Assembly: GCA_035627015.1 (NCBI GenBank)
Contig: DASPMO010000039.1
Location: forward strand, 11,470-75,469
Source: Thermoanaerobaculia bacterium
Lineage (GTDB): Bacteria > Acidobacteriota > Thermoanaerobaculia > Gp7-AA8
Direction: 5' to 3'
Length of the DNA stretch: 64,000 nt
Shown: in pieces, positions 58,904-64,000 of the stretch
How the letters are laid out: every line of letters begins with the position of its first letter
How positions within the stretch are numbered: position 1 is the stretch's first letter
Program-made: the position numbers and the translations under genes
The notes under the pieces: generated by a model
Seen by the model: only the letters and a program-made list of their open reading frames with translations
What the model was told of the DNA's origin: nothing
Databases searched by the model: none

Positions 58904-58916
58904 ATCCCCGGGGTAG
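58479..58916 (+). CDS. Four-helix-bundle protein (23S rRNA intervening-sequence protein family)
   Basis: [11 protein letters not shown]...VY..[31 protein letters not shown]......ARGS..E..AQ. Confidence 0.93.
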   Translation: [145 protein letters not shown]

Positions 58917-58970
58917 AATGGCCGCTCCACACCGCGTTCCTCACGCGTCTCCTCGCACCATGAAACATTC

Positions 58971-59353
58971 ATGGCCAAGACATTCGAGGATCTTCGTGCG
59001 TTCAGTGTGCACTCGATCTGATGGTGGACGTGTATACGGTGACGGACCGTTTTCCGAAGACGGAGCTGCAGGGACTCACCGCCCAGCTTCGCCGTGCATC
59101 CTGTGTGGTGGTCAGCAAGATCGCGGAGGGACAAGGGCGGCTGACGTACGGCGAGTGGCGGCAACAGCTCAGCGAAGCGCGGGGGTCGCTGCACGAAGTG
59201 CGGGCCCAGGTCATCGCCGCGCACAAGCTGCAGTTTCTGGAGCTGAGCGTCGCCGACTATCTGCAGAAGCGCGCACGTCTGGTGGCCGTGGAGTTGCACG
59301 GCCTGATCGAGTGTGTCCGCCGGCGGATTGCGGATCGCCGGCCGGACCCGTAG
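58971..59353 (+). pseudogene. Second four-helix-bundle gene, frameshifted near codon 11
   Basis: gcgttcagtgtgcactc versus gcgtttcagcgtgcgctc in copy 1 (1-nt deletion); downstream frame is highly similar to copy 1. Confidence 0.85.
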
Positions 59354-59362
59354 TGTATTCCG

Positions 59363-62110
59363 ATGCCGAAAGCGTATGTCTCCTCCACGTTCGACGATCT
59401 GCGCGAGCATCGGGCGATCGTGCAGGTCGTGCTGAGGCGGTTCGGGTACGAGGTCGAGGCGATGGAGTCTTACGTGGCCGCGGACGAGCGTCCGCTGGAC
59501 CGCTGTCTGGCCGACGTCTCCGCGTGCGATCTCTACGTCGGGATCTTCGCCTGGCGCTATGGGTTCGTTCCGGACGGCGAGACGCGCTCGATCACCGAGT
59601 TGGAATACCAGCGCGCGGTGGAGACGAAGAAGCCGCGGATTCTGTTTGTCGTCGACGAGGACGCCGCCTGGTCGCCGAAGCTGATTGATCGCGACCGGTC
59701 GCGCATCGAGGCGTTTCACGAGCGCGTGAAGCAGGACCGGATGGTCAGCAAGTTCTCCACGCACGACACGTTGGAAGCACGGCTGTCGGCCGCGCTGGAG
59801 CAACGGGGGGCGAAGCTGCTGGAGGCACCGGGCATCGACATGGAAGCGTACGCGCGCTTCCTGCGGCGCCAATACAACGTGCTCGATCTCGATGCGCTGA
59901 TGGACCCGGAGCGCGACGAGCTCCTGGCGTTGCGCGTCCAGTCCGTGTTCGTCGAGCAGAACGCGAAGGAAGACTCGCCTCCGCTCGAGCTGCCGAAGGA
60001 GACGTGGGAGCGCCTCGTCTCACGCGCCGACGTGCACTCCGACGACCTGCCGCAAGGAATCACGGCGGAGATGCTGGCCGAGCTCAAAAGCTCCTATGGC
60101 AGCAAGCCCTCGCGGCCGGTGATGAAGATCCTCGCCAACCCCAACCATCGCTGCGCGATCATCGTCGGCGATCCGGGGGCCGGGAAATCGACCCTACTCC
60201 GGTACATCGCGCTGTCGCTCTTGGAAGCTACTCCCAATCCCCGGCTGCAGCCGGCACTCGCCGGACGGGTGCCGTTTCTCGTCGACCTGAAGAGCTACAC
60301 CGGTCTTCGGACACAAAACCGCTGCGACACGTTCTTCAGCTACTTCGACGTGCTGGCGAAGCAGGAGGGGTGTCCCGTGACCGGCGACACACTGCGGGAG
60401 CATCTCCGATCCGGCAGGCCCGCGGTGGTCATGTTCGACGGCATCGACGAGATCTTCGATCCGGCCGAGCAGGAGGCAGTGACGAGGCAGATCATCGCGC
60501 TGGCCGATGCATATTCGGAGACGAGAATCATCGTCACCAGCCGCATCATCGGCTATCGCCGGACGCTGCTCACGAACGCGGGGTTCCGCCATTTCACCCT
60601 GCAGGACCTGAACGAGCGACAGGTCACCGCGTTCGTGCGGCAGTGGTACACGCTCACCCTCGGCGAGCGGGCCGGGGAAACGGAAGCTCGCATCGCGCGG
60701 CTCCGCCAATCGTTCGCGGCCTCGCCGTCCATCCGCCAGCTGGCCGGGAACCCGATGCTGCTGACCATCATGGTCATCATCGGCAAGCATCAGGAGCTCC
60801 CCCGCGAGCGCTGGAGGCTCTACAACCGCGCCGCGAGTGTGCTCGTGCAGCACTGGGACGTGAGAAAGCATCTCGCCGAGAAGCAGCTCGGCAACGACCT
60901 GATGGACGAGGAGGACAAGAAGGAGTTGCTGCGCCGCCTCGCCTACGCCATGCAGGCCGGCGATGGTGGCCTGACCGGCAACTACATCCACGCCGAGGAG
61001 CTACAGGCGATGTTCGAAGGTTACCTCCGCGAGCGCTACAGCTTCGATCCGGCACGCGCCAAGATCACCGCGCGGGAGATCATCACGCAGTTCCGCACGC
61101 GCAACTTCATCCTCTCCTCCTACGGCGCGAATCTGTACGGGTTCGTGCACAGGGCGTTCCTCGAATTCTTCTGCGCCGACTCGATCCGGATGCGGTTCGA
61201 GAAGACGAAGGAGCTTCCACTCGACGCACTAAGAACGATTTTCGATACCTGTTGGAAGAAAGAAGAGTGGCACGAAGTGCTGCGCCTTGTTTGCGGAATG
61301 ATCGGGGAGGAATTCGCCGGAGAGATGATCGATCACCTGCGGTCGCTTGGCCGGAAAGAAAACATCCAACTGGCAGTGGAGTGCCTGCAGGAGGTGCGTC
61401 GGCCTGAACGGCTGCAGGCAATAGGACGCGATCTGCTCGTGGCCCTCCTCGACGGAGTATGGGAGGGTGCGTGGTGGGTAATGTGGTCGGCCCTTGACAC
61501 TGCCGCGCAAATCGGAGTGCGGTGGCCGGGACGCGAAGTGCTCGTGGAGTGGTTGTCGCGCGTCACGGACGCGCCAGGAAACGGATCTCTTGAGTTCGAT
61601 CTCGGGCGCACTGTAGCCGCTCTGGGGCATGACCTGCCTGATGTGCGAGAAAGTATCCTTCGTCGGCTCGATAGTCGCGGCGGTCTGTTAGAAGTAACGC
61701 TCACTGCACTCGCGGTGGGTTGGCCAGACCCGACCACCGCAACCATTCTGATCGACCCCGGGCGGCGTCGAGATCCTGAATTCAGGGTTCGCGCACTGCC
61801 CTTGGCCGCGCGCCATCTCAAAGCGATACCCGGAGTGATCGACCAACTGTTTTCACAACCAGATCTGCCCGATTGGGTGGTCGTACATACCTTCCCGGAA
61901 GACTCCCGAGCGTTGCCGCACCTCCTGCGCGAGGTCAACGACAGTTCATCAACTTCGCGAGCAATGGCAGTACATGGGTTGCAGCATCACCTTACCGCGC
62001 CAGAAGTTCAGCGCACGCTGCTGCGTATCGCGCAGAACGGCCGGGAACCGCTGATTGGAAAAATAGCGGCTGACATCCTCGAGGAGGCCCGCCCTACCGC
62101 TCCCGCCTGA
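59363..62110 (+). CDS. DUF4062 - NACHT NTPase - helical repeat protein (bacterial STAND/NLR-like)
   Basis: YVSSTFDDLREHR...CLADVSACDLYVGIFAWRYG (DUF4062); VGDPGAGKSTLL, VMFDGIDE, IIVTSR, NPMLLT, FVHRAFLEFF. Confidence 0.9.
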   Translation: MPKAYVSSTFDDLREHRAIVQVVLRRFGYEVEAMESYVAADERPLDRCLADVSACDLYVGIFAWRYGFVPDGETRSITELEYQRAVETKKPRILFVVDEDAAWSPKLIDRDRSRIEAFHERVKQDRMVSKFSTHDTLEARLSAALEQRGAKLLEAPGIDMEAYARFLRRQYNVLDLDALMDPERDELLALRVQSVFVEQNAKEDSPPLELPKETWERLVSRADVHSDDLPQGITAEMLAELKSSYGSKPSRPVMKILANPNHRCAIIVGDPGAGKSTLLRYIALSLLEATPNPRLQPALAGRVPFLVDLKSYTGLRTQNRCDTFFSYFDVLAKQEGCPVTGDTLREHLRSGRPAVVMFDGIDEIFDPAEQEAVTRQIIALADAYSETRIIVTSRIIGYRRTLLTNAGFRHFTLQDLNERQVTAFVRQWYTLTLGERAGETEARIARLRQSFAASPSIRQLAGNPMLLTIMVIIGKHQELPRERWRLYNRAASVLVQHWDVRKHLAEKQLGNDLMDEEDKKELLRRLAYAMQAGDGGLTGNYIHAEELQAMFEGYLRERYSFDPARAKITAREIITQFRTRNFILSSYGANLYGFVHRAFLEFFCADSIRMRFEKTKELPLDALRTIFDTCWKKEEWHEVLRLVCGMIGEEFAGEMIDHLRSLGRKENIQLAVECLQEVRRPERLQAIGRDLLVALLDGVWEGAWWVMWSALDTAAQIGVRWPGREVLVEWLSRVTDAPGNGSLEFDLGRTVAALGHDLPDVRESILRRLDSRGGLLEVTLTALAVGWPDPTTATILIDPGRRRDPEFRVRALPLAARHLKAIPGVIDQLFSQPDLPDWVVVHTFPEDSRALPHLLREVNDSSSTSRAMAVHGLQHHLTAPEVQRTLLRIAQNGREPLIGKIAADILEEARPTAPA

Positions 62111-63269
62111 CGCTCCTCCTGCACTTCGCCTCCGCCCTCGACTCGATCTGCCGCACCCTCTCCCGCGACAGCCCGAGGATTTCCCCGATATCCCGCAGGG
62201 TCAGCTCATCATCCTGCAGCACGCCGTAGCGGAGCTTGAGGATCGTCTTCTCCTCTAAAGTCAGCTCGTCCACGGCGGTCTGCACGGAGCCTTGCTGGCG
62301 GATGGTCTGGAGGTACGGGAGGCGGTCGTCGGCGAGTTGGGGGCTGGTGCCTTCGACGCGGTCGTCGAGCTCGTACCAGTAGCGGAACGAGGCCTTGGGG
62401 TTCGGGTTGGTATACAGGAGCAGCACGGCCAGCTCGCTCTCGTTGATGGTGAGCTTCTCGCAGATCTTGCGTTTGGCGCTGTCGAGCACTCCGCGCACGT
62501 TCTCGACCTCGCGGTTGAGGAACGAGGCCAGCTCGCGGATGCTCTTGGGGATGTTGTCGGAGACGCCGTGGCGCAGGGTGAGCACGAGGCGCTCTTTCGG
62601 GGAGAGCTCGGACATGTGCGCCAGGAGCTCGGCGCGGCGCGACTGCTCCTGCATCTCGTTCTCGGCCGACGGCATCATGGTCTGCTCGACCACGTCCGCC
62701 AGCTCGGTGTGCGACTCGTCGTCCAGCTCGGCGTTGAGCGAGTAGTTGTCGGCGCTGGCCTGCAGGAGGGTCTGGATCTCCTTCACGCTCACGCCGAGGT
62801 TCTGCGCCAGTTCGTCCGGCGTGGGGATGTGGTTCCCCTCGGTCATGGCCGTGGCGATGGCCTTCTCCAGCCGGTACATCAGGTTGGCGCGCTTGGGGGG
62901 CAGGCGGAACGCGCCGGCCTGTTCGGACAGCGCGTGCAGGATGGCCTGGCGGATCCACCACACCGCGTAGGTGATGAACTTGACGTTCTTGTCGGGGTCG
63001 TACTTTTTCGCGGCGTGAATGAGACCGATGTTGCCTTCGTTGATCAGGTCGAGAAAGAGGACGTGGGCATTGCGGTACCGCTTCGCGTACGAGACGACGA
63101 AGCGCAGGTTGGCCTTGACCAGCTCCTCCAGCGCTTCCTTGTCGTTTTCCTGAATCCGGCGCGCGAGCTCACGCTCCCGTTCGGGAGTCAGCCGGGGAAC
63201 CTTGGCGATTTCCTGCAGGTATTGATTGAGGAGATCGTATGAGTCGTCTCGTTCTTCGTACCGGGCCAT
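62094..63269 (-). CDS. Sigma70-family (group 1/2-like) RNA polymerase sigma factor with duplicated region 4
   Basis: YLQEIAKVPRL, LVKANLRFVVSYAKRY, DLINEGNIGL, KFITYAVWWIRQAI; two region-4-like segments, last ...TLRDIGEILGLSRERVRQIE. Confidence 0.93.
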   Translation of the reverse strand: MARYEERDDSYDLLNQYLQEIAKVPRLTPERERELARRIQENDKEALEELVKANLRFVVSYAKRYRNAHVLFLDLINEGNIGLIHAAKKYDPDKNVKFITYAVWWIRQAILHALSEQAGAFRLPPKRANLMYRLEKAIATAMTEGNHIPTPDELAQNLGVSVKEIQTLLQASADNYSLNAELDDESHTELADVVEQTMMPSAENEMQEQSRRAELLAHMSELSPKERLVLTLRHGVSDNIPKSIRELASFLNREVENVRGVLDSAKRKICEKLTINESELAVLLLYTNPNPKASFRYWYELDDRVEGTSPQLADDRLPYLQTIRQQGSVQTAVDELTLEEKTILKLRYGVLQDDELTLRDIGEILGLSRERVRQIESRAEAKCRRSVRRER

Positions 63270-63293
63270 GTTGCGGAACGGTCATTCTACACC

Positions 63294-63767
63294 TCAGCGG
63301 CGGGCGACGCGGGAGACGTGACGCGGACGATCCTTCAGCTCTCGCGCGATCATGTCGGCATCGACGTCCACCCGCACCAGCACCGTGTCGGCGCCGTCGT
63401 GCGCGAGGACCATCAGCTCCAGGCGGTCGGCCTGTTTCGACGGCCGCGCGTAGATGAAGCTCCAGTCGTTCGAGCGCCGCGACCACACCTGCACGAGCGG
63501 CTGGAACCCGGGACCGGCCTGCGTGCGGATGATGTCGCCGAGCTTCTTCGGGTCGACGTCCTGCGCCCCTTCGAACGTGGCCAGCTGGAAGTCGTGCACT
63601 CCCTCGGGAGCCACGACCCGGACGACGAAGCGCGCCAGGCCGAGGAACGGGATCCAGATCCGCTTCACCCCGTGCTGCGAGTCGATGGCCCGGGCCACGG
63701 AGGCGAAGTCGGCGTGGAGCGGGAGCGTGAGGACGAGTGCGAGTACGGCCGCGATTCTCTTAGTCAT
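63294..63767 (-). CDS. Secreted hypothetical protein (DUF4252-like neighbour)
   Basis: Signal peptide MTKRIAAVLALVLTLPLHA; stop/start overlap with upstream gene. Confidence 0.7.
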   Translation of the reverse strand: MTKRIAAVLALVLTLPLHADFASVARAIDSQHGVKRIWIPFLGLARFVVRVVAPEGVHDFQLATFEGAQDVDPKKLGDIIRTQAGPGFQPLVQVWSRRSNDWSFIYARPSKQADRLELMVLAHDGADTVLVRVDVDADMIARELKDRPRHVSRVARR

Positions 63768-63999
63768 GGTCGCCGTCCTTCTTGGTGATGCGGGGGATGC
63801 CGAACTCCCCTTCGAGCTTGGAGAGGCGGTCGATGTCGATGTCGCCGACGATGTTCACCACCGTGAACTCGCGCGGCTCGGCGGAGATGATGACCAGGCC
63901 GTCGATCTTGTCGCCGCGCATGTCGGCCATGATGTTCACGTTCTCTTTGTGCTTGCTGCGCACGGTGACCAGCGGCTTCCAGTTGGCGCCGAGCTGCGA
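63760..63999 (-). CDS. DUF4252-family protein, C-terminal part (5'-truncated by window)
   Basis: WKPLVTVRSK..ENVNI....GDKIDGLVIISAEPREFTVVNIVGDIDIDRLSKL. Confidence 0.75.
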   Translation of the reverse strand, partial: SQLGANWKPLVTVRSKHKENVNIMADMRGDKIDGLVIISAEPREFTVVNIVGDIDIDRLSKLEGEFGIPRITKKDGDHD

Positions 64000-64000
64000 C

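Overview
High-GC bacterial DNA. An Acidobacteriota-like origin is inferred from gene content and is not proven. About 1-47 kb is one large, mosaic secondary-metabolite region. It holds an HlyD/ABC exporter and a 3-module NRPS (C-A-T x3 + TE, Phe-like pockets, modules 2/3 near-duplicates, two different REP-like palindromes in frame at the same spot of C2 and C3). A leftward operon encodes a B3/4 editing-domain protein, a B12 radical SAM, a carrier protein, a TrpB-like PLP enzyme lacking the indole-activating Glu, a PltE-like dehydrogenase and a prolyl-ligase-like A domain fused to an esterase. Next come an ACP-KS-2x B12 radical SAM-FAAL-hotdog thioesterase cassette and accessory redox/transferase genes. 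A dissociated NRPS cassette follows (A(Pro)-T-FkbM, two stand-alone C domains, PCP, two PhyH dioxygenases, B12 radical SAM, ThDP enzyme, ADC-like protein), with an unexplained 326-aa protein made of 13 LIRAL[C/S]P repeats. At 47-49.5 kb a small integrase-less island bounded by a duplicated 3' segment of comM/yifB encodes a TIR-wHTH-DeoR-sensor fusion plus a Cof-type HAD phosphatase, a candidate undescribed signalling or defence pair. The rest is core-like (comM, ABC transporters, thioredoxin, a sigma70 with a doubled region 4, DUF4252). It is interspersed with a family of heptamer-armed inverted-repeat elements, one of which carries a four-helix-bundle gene, next to a DUF4062-NACHT protein. 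No rRNA, tRNA, CRISPR array, integrase or transposase was seen. All family assignments come from motifs read by eye; no database searches were run.
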